Shown piece after piece: positions 1 to 10,598 of a stretch of DNA of 64,000 nucleotides. The notes under the pieces were generated by a model. That model saw nothing but the letters and a program-made list of their open reading frames with translations. It did no database searches and was not told the origin of the DNA. Position numbers and translations under genes: made by a program. The stretch covers positions 1 to 64,000 of the forward strand of contig QPMI01000401.1 of assembly GCA_004431415.1 (NCBI GenBank), written 5' to 3'. Numbering within the stretch: the first letter of the stretch is position 1; each line of letters starts with the position of its first letter. Source of the stretch: Cyanophora paradoxa CCMP329. Lineage: Eukaryota; Plantae; Glaucophyta.

Positions 1-625
1 CAGCGTAAACGATTATTATTACGTCGATGCTGATAACGAACGATATCCGAAAGAGAGAGCTTTAAACAGTGATGCTTTACTCGGATTTGCGGGCGGTTCT
101 TTTAATCCACTCGGTCTCTTCCCGGTTTCCTATTCTCTCGCTCTGTCTACGAACCGCTTCGTGTTCTCATCTCCGAATAGCCCGTTTACATTAGAGTCCT
201 CAGACCAGGAGTTCTGTGATTGTCTCGGCATAGAACCCGGAGTGGTTTACGCCAGCACACCAGAACCAGTGCGGTTCCACTCAGAGATTACCCAGTCGCT
301 ACGCGATTATACCCGAAAATGGTCGACTTTAATGCATTCCATATATTTACCTTGATATCGAAGAGCTCCGCCCTTTACCAAATTCGCAGCGGTTACAGGT
401 AGACTGAACAATGTCGACGACTCCTATCTATTGCGAATTCAGATGAACTCGGACTTTGGTAGATATTCCTTTTACCACGAACCGAGCGCAAGCATCCCTT
501 TCGTAAATGTCACATCGCAACTCGATTTAGATCGTCTCACAATTTCGCTTCGAAAATGGCGGGGCTCTGTTGCGGATATAAACGGTCTCTCATTCTCGTT
601 CCAGCTCGAAGTGATCACGGATTAA
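1..625 (+). CDS. Minor capsid/penton-like protein, outer copy (5' truncated, frameshifted)
   Basis: Near-identical to the 3' part of 20952-21797; ends ...INGLSFSFQLEVITD*. Confidence 0.75.
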
Positions 626-631
626 GCGCTG

Positions 632-2111
632 TCACACGTAGTAGCCCTCGAAATCAATTCGGCATGCCGAAGCTACGTTCGTGAGCACCCAGATTACGAG
701 GGTTCTCACAGATCTCGGGTTCGCTAAGAAATGTTCGTCGGGATCCGCACTTCCGGCTATTTGATTTGCATTGGTAAACACTCTCGTCGCGCCGGCTTCT
801 GTGTATGTACAAGCGCCGAAACTCCCGGAGTTAATTGGTAATCGATCTCAAACGTTTTAATGTAGTTTCCATTCGCAGCCGGCTTCATTTTTATAGAGGA
901 AAGCATAAACAGACGCGGAAAATCGATGCGTAAATAATTGCCTCCCGACCTACTACCTTGCGGCGGGTTGGTAAATCCCACCCACCCCGTAGCATTCGAC
1001 CAGCGGGCATCAGAGCTGTGCCAATTCCGCAATAAAGGCGCTATTATCGAGCGGCACCCAGTTAGACTCCGGGGGTGCGCTTACATCTGTGCACCCGGAC
1101 AGATTAATTATGGGAACGTCGCCCTCTGATATTCATCGTCAGCACTGAATACATCGCATTAAAATACGTTTGCTGTGCGGAAACAAAGGCGAGCGCTTCC
1201 GTTTCCAAATATTGCAGGTGACTGTTGTGATAGTATCGAGGGTCATTTTATCTTTCGGTAAAGGAACGCTCAGCTTATAGTAGCGATCGTAATTCTGATC
1301 ATCGTTTCTGGGTAAAAGTTCCAGTAGCTTTACGTGGGCGTTTAGATCACTCGACTCTAAGAACATGCTGAGAATTGGCGATCCTGTGGCGCTTAGCATC
1401 CATTGCACGATCCCCCAATTTTTCATAGTGTCGTACGAATATCCAGATGTCGCCTTATCAGAGTCTTGGACGTGACCCGCCGTAATCGAGACCACTATAA
1501 GCTCCTCCTCGCAAGAGTTTCCGAATAAAGTGCGGGCGAATGTGTAGCACAACCCCGGGCGAATTATTTCCACTCATGCAACCATCGATTAAACAGTATG
1601 TTCTTCCGGCGACTGTGACTTGTTTCGGCTCGAAATAGGTCGGAGCAGCCGAGGTAGCCCTTGCAGCATCGCGCACAAGCATCCCATTAATATCTTCATC
1701 GTTGCTTGAAATAAAAACGGGGGACATTTGACCGTGTCGAACGCAGTCACGATGGTGGGTTTATAGAGATCCGCCATGGTCGCTGAGCCGCAGAGTTCCA
1801 GAGCCACAGCTTCTAAGTTAGTTGCTTCGTACTTTGGGCGCTGTACAATCGATGTAAGCACTCGTGGATTCGCGAAAATCAGCGGTAGTTTCGCTTTGTA
1901 GAGCGCCAGAATATCAGTAGCAGTATATTTAGGGGCGCCATCGGTTCCCTTGATATTCAATAGGAGCGCGATTAATCCACCTGTGGATGTTCCCGCAAAG
2001 CAGTCGAATAGCTGTTGGATTCGTTTACCGGTTTGGGCTTCAATCTGTGCCAGTATAGCAGCCTCGATTATTCCGCGACCCCCCTCCACTCAAAGCGAGA
2101 ACGGTCTTCAT
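632..2111 (-). CDS. Patatin phospholipase-discoidin fusion, outer copy (frameshifted)
   Basis: Near-identical to 21804-23297; GTSTGG and DG motifs present; broken by single-base indels. Confidence 0.8.
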
Positions 2112-2154
2112 TATCTTATATACTTCTTATATATCTTCTTTGTTTATAAAGAGG

Positions 2155-5100
2155 ATGTCGTTCCTGAATCCGCGACCAGATGCACGAGTATTAATTCGAC
2201 CACTCAGATAGAGGACACTGATCAGGTAAACACTGAAATTCGCGGGTCTCTGAGAATAAATTACAATGCAGACCGCGAAGATCCAGTCAGTGGAACACCG
2301 AGCAGACCCGCAGCTTTGCAGTTAATGAACGTCGAGAAAGGGGATCATAAACTTGGAATCGACTTTTTACTTGATGATAACGAACGAAACAGAGTCGCCA
2401 GCATTCAGGCAACCCGCCAGCTACCGAAAACGGTGCGATATAATCGTAGGAACATCCCAAAAGCATTCGATAGAGGTCGCTTAAACTTCTTCATTCAAGA
2501 TGAGAGCGGTTTCCAAAATGCAGCTATGAGAATCGTGGATAATAGCACACTTATAGCGGGAGTATCCACACGGAAAACAAAGGTAGAGGTCGTCCATGAT
2601 CTCTCAGCAGGTAATCTTACGACGAGTAACATTACAGCAAGTAACATCACTACGGATACCTAAATAAACTCGCTCTCCGAGTCGTTTTTCGCCACCAATG
2701 TCGCAACCTGTAACCTAAACATCGAATCCTTTGTGATTCAGAAGAGCGAATCGGTTCCCCAGATAACAGAGGGTTTTCACATTAGACCCCGCGAAACCGA
2801 CCTTAGAAATTGTCGAAAATGGGAACGTTGTGGATATAATTGGCGCCAATGCTCCGAATGTGAGATCCTTAGCACTTGATAAAACGACTATATCATTTGC
2901 AGAGGAAATTCCGGCTTTTACCACAGAGAAACAGGCACTGAGAACAGACCATGTTTACATTACCAGAGACAATATAAACGATCTTTTAGGCAAGGACATC
3001 GTAAAGGCGTTTTTGGAGTTCGAGAGGAGCAAGAACACCAAAGATTCCAGCCAGGATGGAACCCTCACGACCCACAACTACGAAATCGCGGCTTTGCAAT
3101 CCGAAATTAATGCTCTGTTTGCAGCAGATGGAGCGCTTGCAATTACCTTAGCCCATATTCTATCGAAAAGGAACATTTACCCCGCGACTGATAACACATA
3201 CCGAGTTGGTTTATCGAATCTGAGATGGTCAGAGGTGCATGGAGTTTCCATGTTTGCCTCCAATTTAATCCTTCCATTTAATCACTCACTCCGACCCAAT
3301 CAGATTCTCACCAGTGATAATGCACTGATCAGCTACACTGACTTTAATAGTAACCTTTCCCGCTCGGTTTCGCGAACTGAGACCTACAGGTCGAGGATAC
3401 CCGCAGAAATTCGCAGGGTTTATGTAGTTTATTAGCAGACAGTCCACATACACTTCACTTGGGATCAATTGGGTGTCACAGGTTTCGAGACTTACCTACG
3501 GTTACCTTGGTCGATCATACAGTTTACTATAATCATCACTTTCACTGATGAATATAACAAGCATATGTCCATAATATCACCTCCACAGGGTTTCAGGTTT
3601 TGTTCCATATGTTGGAACAAATACTCTCTTATCCGAAACTCTCACTGAACACCATAGCTACTATTAGTTTCACTCTTAACATCAATTATATCATTACCCC
3701 TGATTCGATAGCAAACCCAGAGTAAAGGTTTACCGAGATTTACAAGGTAGCAATATCGTGCCCTTCTCACAGAATTTCGATCTTGGCGCGAACTCTTTTG
3801 GAACAGTTTATTCTTTGAGTGCAAACACCTGTAATATTGTAGTCGCAGGTTCATCGGCTACTATTGGAGATCTGACCGCGCCTTTTAGAAAGGAGTATCT
3901 TAAAGAGCTGTATATAACAAAGTCTGATTTACCAGATGCTATTTCGTTGGTGCTCTCCCGACTCCCAGCATATCATACCACAATGTGAAAGACACAAGTA
4001 ATGTAGTGCGGAGTGAAGCAAAGTATTCCAGGCATCCGAGAATAGGATCGGTCTCATATAGATATCTTGCAGGGTTCCAGCGAATTTAATTTCACATTTG
4101 AGACTCCATTTGTCTCTCCTCCTACCATTGAAATTACAGACCGAATCTTATGTGGTCAATGATGGTCATCTACCTCTCTTCAAAATGCACCAGCTGGCTA
4201 CTCCCGTTTGTTGCAACTAACATAACAACCACCGGCTTTACACTTGTCGGAAATGCAACAGTGACATATGCTTTCTGTCAGGTATCCTGTTGGGTTGTAT
4301 TTCGCGAAAATAATCTCTCTGTTATCCCATATGTCGTTTTTCCTCCCTTCACTGTGAGTTGGAAGGCAACAGGAACTATTCCGCGATTTGACCCGAAGAC
4401 CGATTAAAAATAAGGTATCCTCTCGATGTTACCGACATTCATACTACGAGGATCAATGGGCAGAATTTCGTATTTAATGGAACCAATGCTACTCTGATCG
4501 ATAATCGAGTTACAAATAATTACTTTTTCGATTCTCGATTACATTAATACTTGCAACATTGTCATACATAAAACGTTTGAGGATCGCAGTAAGACCTTAA
4601 CAGTCACCTTGCCCACTCATTCGAATGTCTCAGATGGATTTTACTATTATCTGTTAAATCGCTATTACACCTCTTATATTCCATATCCTTCTGAGACTGT
4701 CAGCATGAGCTATCCCAAAGTCACCCTAACATCGACCAATGCTGACTTCTTTGGATCCACAGACTTCATGAGAGATTCTTTTATTTTACATCCTCCACAG
4801 ATGGTCTCTTAGTTTATTACTCTTACAAATATGAGTCTATTGCTACCCAAATTGACAGTCACCCAAATACAGATGTCATCGAAGTGGGCGATAAGAAATA
4901 TATAAAAACCGCTTCCCCATGGGTGTGCACTGTCCGGCTCGATGACAGATACACTCCTAACCTAAATAACATTGGATTGCACTCGACATGCAATATTTAT
5001 GTGCAAGGTGCGATTTCGGCTTCGAAGTACTTTGAGGGTGGAAATTGTGATACAGGACATAGGTTGCTATCGCGAAATGGACTCTTTGAGTCATTCAGTG

Positions 5101-5695
5101 GGACGGCTCTACCGCCTTTTATCAGGGACACAGTCTATGATACCACATGCAATATTTGGGTGTGTCGATCTGTGAGCAATCCACCTGTGACACAGGAATT
5201 ATACAAGTATCTCGCAGATACCTATGGTGCAATCTCAGGATCCTCCACAGGAAATCCAGCGACGGCTCCTATCGTGTTTGCGAATGCATAACAGCGCCAC
5301 ATCATTAGCAGGGTCGACGGAACCGCCCCCAGATTCAGATCCTAACTTGCCTCCTGATGAGTCAGACCCACAGACCCCACCTACCACTGATCCTACAACA
5401 CCTAATAATCCCACGAATCCTACAAATCCAGTCGGAGCACCCGGATCGGATCCAGGAAATTTAGTGCTTATCATTCTCTGCCGATTCTCGGTGCTCTGGG
5501 CTGTGCTTGCATACAAATTTCGAGCTCTTGTTGTGCTTGCATAGACAGAACCATTGCAGGAGCAGGAAATAAATACTCAACACCTGAGCTGAAATGTGAC
5601 CCAAACAGCCAAAGGAGATGTGGGTTAGAGGTGAGGTCAGCCGAGGGGCATGGTCTTAGTGTTGTAGAACTGATCAACCACCAGTAAGTAGGCAG
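2155..5695 (+). CDS. Large fibre/surface protein, outer copy (frameshifted, 3' end deleted)
   Basis: Homologous to 23341-26976 from the same ATG; divergent blocks at ~3745-4405 and ~5330-5460. Confidence 0.8.
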
Positions 5696-6844
5696 CAATC
5701 TATTCGCCCCTAAAACCATTTCTCCATCACTTGCAACCTTGTATGTTCAGATGTGCCCATTATAGCACCTGTAATAGGTGCATCCAATATGTATATCCAA
5801 AGAAACCCAGTCGTCCATACAGGCGCCGAATTGATATTGGCGACAACACCCCGATTTGCAGACTCGATCGCGATTTACTAACAGCCATAGTCTCATGTAT
5901 TTTACCTCTGAAAATCGCCTTTCGGGTGATTTCTCGCCAATTGAACTCACTATACCAAAGCAAAAGGTGAGCTACAAGAACTCTCAGATGTCCTTCAACG
6001 TTTCTACCCAGTTCTCACGAGCATTTGTGGGAGCATATCACAATCGACCATTAACCTTCCACCTGATCCACACACTCATGATTACCTGTCTCTCGAAGGT
6101 GGTGTTATTTCATCTAATCTTACAATTCATCAAACCTTACAGTTACAAGTAACATTTATGCCAGTAACATTTATGGCAGTAACATTTACAGCAGTAACCT
6201 ATGGGCAAGTAATATTAATGGAAGTAATGTAATAGTCAATTATCTCACTGTGAATATTGAAGCAAACCTACCAAATCATCCGACATCGAATGTGTTTTAG
6301 ACTGTTAGCAAAACAAAAACACACAAAAGCAGATATTACAGATTTGCACACGAGCATTTGTGGAAGGATATCAAAGACCCACCGTTAACCTATCCTCCCA
6401 GTTATCACGAGCATTTATGGGAGCATATCACGAATCGCCATCGACATTCCGCCAGGAAAACACTCCCATGATTATTCAGAGATTACCAACAGTAACCACA
6501 GCACCCATGGAGCGAAAAAGACGAAAAACCACGTTTTGCATCAACAGGTGATTTAGTAAATGTGATGGATTTTATGGAGTTAGTCTTTACCAAGTGATAC
6601 TATCGCTGAAAGATTACAATTAAGTGGCTACTATTTACACCGAAAGGAATTGAAGCGGGCACCACAATGGAAGGAGAGCTATATGTTAAACAACCCACAA
6701 GAACAACATTAGTAGCAGCTGGTGGCGATGCATTAATAGACACCAAACCAGTATATTTTTAACAAGTTATTATAATGCGGATATCCCAGTTACAGCAGGT
6801 TTACCACCGCTACCATCTGATCCAGCAACTTATGATGACAAAGA
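5696..6844 (+). CDS. Outer fibre gene, 5' portion (interrupted by inner virus)
   Basis: Begins with a homologue of 27345-27680, then HEHLWEHI..P.T.PP..H.HDY and SNIY-type repeats. The same His repeat continues in 30426-32103. Confidence 0.7.
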
Positions 6845-7148
6845 CCCCACCAATTGCGCGCCCTCTTCTTTCCTTCCCCACTACCATTCTCAGTAAGCCC
6901 ATTATCCATTTCAAATTCTCAGTAAGGCTCAGTAACAATTATAATTAGCACTGTATTTTTCAAACATCTAACCCTTCCTTACTGAAACCAATCACAAAAC
7001 CCTATCAATCTCCTATTTCTAATCTCTTACCATTTTCAGTAAGCCGTAAAACCCTCTCTCGATTTCTCAGTAAGGACAGTAAGACCCCTATTTTTACGAA
7101 ATGTTCCCGATCGTTTCCGGACTGTTTTCAGTTAGCAAATTGAAAAAT

Positions 7149-7266
7149 AAAGGTGACCCCACCGATAGCCTTAATCGGATAAATCAAATACGAGATCAAG
7201 GTGACCCCACCGATAGCCTTAATTTGGATAAATCAAATACGAAATCAAGTGACCCCCACCGATAGA
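7149..7266 (+). repeat. ~50 bp direct repeats within TIR (three GGTGACCCCCACCGATAG-like motifs)
   Basis: Directly visible; mirrored at ~29995-30115. Confidence 0.9.
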
Positions 7267-7337
7267 GTACAATGAATTCGCGAGTTTGTGCATGAGCAAG
7301 CATGCCGAAAATGCCCACCTGCAAAACTTGCGACTTC

Positions 7338-7393
7338 AATCGAAATGTACGAATCGAAATGTACGAATCGAAATGTACGAATCGAAATGTACG
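7338..7393 (+). repeat. 4 x 14 bp tandem repeat AATCGAAATGTACG within TIR
   Basis: Directly visible; mirrored in both right TIRs. Confidence 0.95.
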
Positions 7394-7727
7394 ATTAGCA
7401 TATTTACGACAAAGTACGACGATAGACCACGTTAAAATAAACTCGCGCCCCGCCCACTATGCAAGATACATGCAAACAACATGCGAGTTCTATGAAAAAT
7501 AAACAATTCAGTCATGTATATATTTCGTATATATGTCTGAACCTCCGTGCTTGTGGTTGGTTTTTCTTTTTTTCGCATATTCCGACATATACATATATAC
7601 ACCGACGTCACCGACACACTGGGGGTCATCACATCACGGCGACTCCGGAAACATATATGGATGGAATGCCGGCGCCCCACACAAATTCGTCGACCAATCA
7701 GGATAGGATCGCCGGATAGAATTACCC

Positions 7728-7912
7728 GGGGCGATAGTATCGCCGGATAGTATGACCTCGGGGCGATAGTATCGCCGGATAGTATGACCTCGGGCGATAG
7801 TATCGCCGATAGTATGCCTCGGGCGATAGTATCGCCGGATAGTATGACCTTGGGGCGATAGTATCGCCGATAGTATGACCTCGGGGCGATAGTATCGCCG
7901 GATAGTATACCC
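7728..7912. repeat. ~6 x 32 bp tandem array GGGGCGATAGTATCGCCGGATAGTATGACCTC with internal palindrome
   Basis: Directly visible; each unit holds GGCGATA-G-TATCGCC. Confidence 0.9.
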
Positions 7913-8441
7913 GATAGCCGGTAGTGTGCTCAGCAATTGATGACGTGGCATATATATATATGTATATAACTGACCAGTGACTGACTCAGTGACCGACTTG
8001 CCACTGTTGCCGGTTGCAATTTTCAAGTCCCGAGTCCCGAGTCCCGAGTCCCGACTTGATAACACCGGCGATCGCGACTTCGCGGAGACCCCCCCTTCCG
8101 TTTTTCCCGCATAACTTTGGACAGGAAGCCGATCTCGGCGCGCTCTCAATTGCTATGTGCTCACAACTTGATTCCGGGCATGATGGTTATGCTTTGACTA
8201 GCTTAGCCTACCGTGGAGCAAAGACCGACTTCGATTTCTGCACAAGTGCCCGAAAACGGAGGTGTCGCTACATTCTGAGCGCCGGCGCGCGTTCCCGGAG
8301 GGCTCCACTAGTCATACTTTGCGTCCGCGCGCGTATAGAGTAGTTCTACACTACTACGAAGTGGCGCGGTCTGATTCGCAAAGGGCGCGATTTGGCGGCT
8401 ACGAAACCACATAGCTCACAAAAATATCGACTTAAATAATA

Positions 8442-8833
8442 ATGGATTCCCGATACCGCGGCTACCACGTTATGCTCGACTATATAACCGACCCGTTCAC
8501 CGAGTCTCCGGAGGCATGCGCCGAGTGGATCACAGCGAACCTATCGCAATATATCACAGATCGCAATATGCGCATCGTGCACCAGCACACATGCATTTCG
8601 ATGGCTCTAATTCCCCTCCCGGTTTCGCGATTGGCTTTCTATTAGATGAGTCGCATGCCACAGCTCACTCTTATAGCGACCAGGGGCTATTAGCGATCGA
8701 TATCTTTACATGCGGGTCAAATGCCGAAGCAAAGACGATGGGTATAGCACGGGACATTAACGAACTCATACAAGAAAGGCTGAAAGTGCGAAAGTGGGAC
8801 TTACAGGTCGAGCAAAGGTTCCCAATTTCATAA
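8442..8833 (+). CDS. speD: S-adenosylmethionine decarboxylase-like pyruvoyl proenzyme (prokaryote-type; one frameshift near 8590)
   Basis: GYHVMLD at the N-terminus plus LLDESHATAHSYSDQGLLAIDIFTCG match SpeD/SpeH motifs, including the E|S self-cleavage site. Confidence 0.8.
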
Positions 8834-8858
8834 AAAATGAAAAAAACGACATATATAT

Positions 8859-9173
8859 TTAATGCTCCTTGATCGGAAACTTGCCCATTAGCGGGTGATC
8901 GAGACCCATGACATACCAGCATCGCATAACGGGATCCCAGCGGGCTTTCTCAGCCTTTGCTTGATCCTTAAATTCATAAGGAATATCGAGATAAACCTTC
9001 ACGTTTCTTTGATACACTTGCTCATAGCTTAGAGTTTTGAACTGAGAGCATAGAGAGTGATCTTTCTTCGTGACATACCAGCATGAATTCTCACGATCCC
9101 ACTTTCCACCGAGGGATTTCGCAACGTCTTTTTTATCATACGGAATGTCCACGAAATGCTTTTCACCCTCCAT
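8859..9173 (-). CDS. Tandem DUF5710-like protein
   Basis: Two copies of D-IPY..KD.AK....WD....CWYV. Confidence 0.7.
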   Translation of the reverse strand: MEGEKHFVDIPYDKKDVAKSLGGKWDRENSCWYVTKKDHSLCSQFKTLSYEQVYQRNVKVYLDIPYEFKDQAKAEKARWDPVMRCWYVMGLDHPLMGKFPIKEH

Positions 9174-9187
9174 CTCTTTTTATATTT

Positions 9188-9204
9188 ACCGGAGAAAATA
9201 ATTT
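9188..9204 (-). promoter_or_regulatory. Putative viral promoter motif AAATTATTTTCTCCGGT (also 14934-14950, 15502-15518; partial at 16085, 17829, 19990)
   Basis: Recurs about 8-35 nt upstream of six minus-strand start codons. Confidence 0.65.
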
Positions 9205-9213
9205 CGGGGTTTG

Positions 9214-10590
9214 TTATGAACGAGATGACCGAAGAATGCGCGTAGTAGGGGCTGTATAGCTTGCGCTCTGATTCTTGAATGATTTATACCACCGCTGACT
9301 GTTTACCTCAGAGAGCTTCTCAGTTCCCGCGATCGTTAATTTGGCGAGCTCTCTCAGCGCCCTCTTTGTCTTTTCTGCGCGATCTTCCAATAATGCGCCT
9401 TTCGGAACACTTGCGGCGACATCTATGCCTTCCTTTTGAACCTGCCGGATCGAAGCTGCCTCTACATCAGCCGCTAAAATAGCGTTGCCTGATGGCTCCA
9501 CCACAGCTTCGACCTCTGTAATGATCTGCAATTCGTGCGGCTTAAAAAGCTTCGGCATTACGTTCCCCGCTGCATCTTGCACCTCTATCGCGTTTCCTCT
9601 CCTTCCCGCAATTTTGTAGACCTCTCGGCTATACCTTTGGGTCGCTCCTTTATCAAACTTTGATCTCGGCAATAATACACGGACGTGGAGACCCGGTTTA
9701 AAGTCGCTGAATATATCCTTTACGATTGTGTTCTTCCTTGAAATAATAGCCGCTCGGATCCGCTCCATATCAGAAAGCTTAACATCCCCGGGTTTCATTC
9801 CTATGTTCTGTGAATGGTGTTATTATAATTGAAAACGAAGTCGTCCATTTATCCATAAATCGCACAGTGTTATAAGCGACACAGTAGTTGTTTATCATCG
9901 TTTTAAGGTCAAATGAAAGCGATTCATTATTCCCAGCGAAGTGTGATCTCCGACCTGTTAAAGCGGTGTTCTATTCCGTTATTTTTAACGATCTCCTGAA
10001 ACTCCTTGCGATGAATTCTGAGCCGTTATCTGTCTCTAAACGCTTCATTGGAGCGGGAGCTCTGTAAGCATCTCCGCAAAAGCGGTAGCAACACTCGCGC
10101 CCTCTTTATTCTTTAATTTCTTGGCATACGATTTTCGGCTCGTCATCTCAATGAGAGTAAGGACTGCAATGTAGCCGGAATTATAATTGCCATATGAGAG
10201 ATAAAAGATGAGATCCGCTTGATAGCACCACGGCGGGGCTGTAATGGGAATAAAAGCGGTTTGGGTCGGTGCGGGGGGCTTCTTGTTGATCTGCATAAAT
10301 TCTTGTTTCGCTGCGACATCTTGCACTTCTTTCAGTGTGAGGGTCTTGTCCTCTTTTCTCAGCTCTTCGTATATCGCGGACGGGTTCTTAAAACCTGTCT
10401 TCGGGTCATACATGCGGCGCACGATCTTAGAGGACGGGTTCGCAATGCTAAAAGGAACATCTCCTAATAAATTTGATTTTGCTTGGCGTTTTGTGATTTT
10501 TTGGGGGACTTGTTCGGTCTCAGGAACCGCGATAGGTAGTATGGTGGTCTCTGTCTCCTCGCCCGCTACCCTTCTAACGATCCTTGACAT
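9214..10590 (-). CDS. rve (retroviral-like) integrase, split by frameshifts
   Basis: YDPKTGF..., CYQADL, ETDNGSEF, LGIMNRFHLTLK, NYNNTIH, and a C-terminal VRVLLPRSKFDKG...YSREVYKI typical of Polinton/PLV integrases. Confidence 0.88.
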
Positions 10591-10598
10591 TCTTCTAA

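Larger units (their letters stand above)
1..6844. mobile_element. Outer endogenous Polinton-like virus, left segment (left end outside window)
   Basis: 1-~5990 is colinear and mostly near-identical to ~21167-27680 of the inner virus (penton, patatin, large fibre, fibre). It is cut at 6844 by the inner TIR. Confidence 0.85.
6845..7473 (+). repeat. Left terminal inverted repeat (imperfect extension to ~7507)
   Basis: Starts CCCC(C)ACCAATTGCGCGCCCTC; reverse complement of 29786-30425 and 33386-33964. Confidence 0.95.

Noticed and set aside
7302-7502. Small ORFs in TIRs (also 29757-29972, 33357-33563)
   Set aside because: Translations of the 14 bp repeat with inconsistent starts.
7728-7912. CRISPR array
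   Set aside because: Units are contiguous with no unique spacers, and no cas genes are present.
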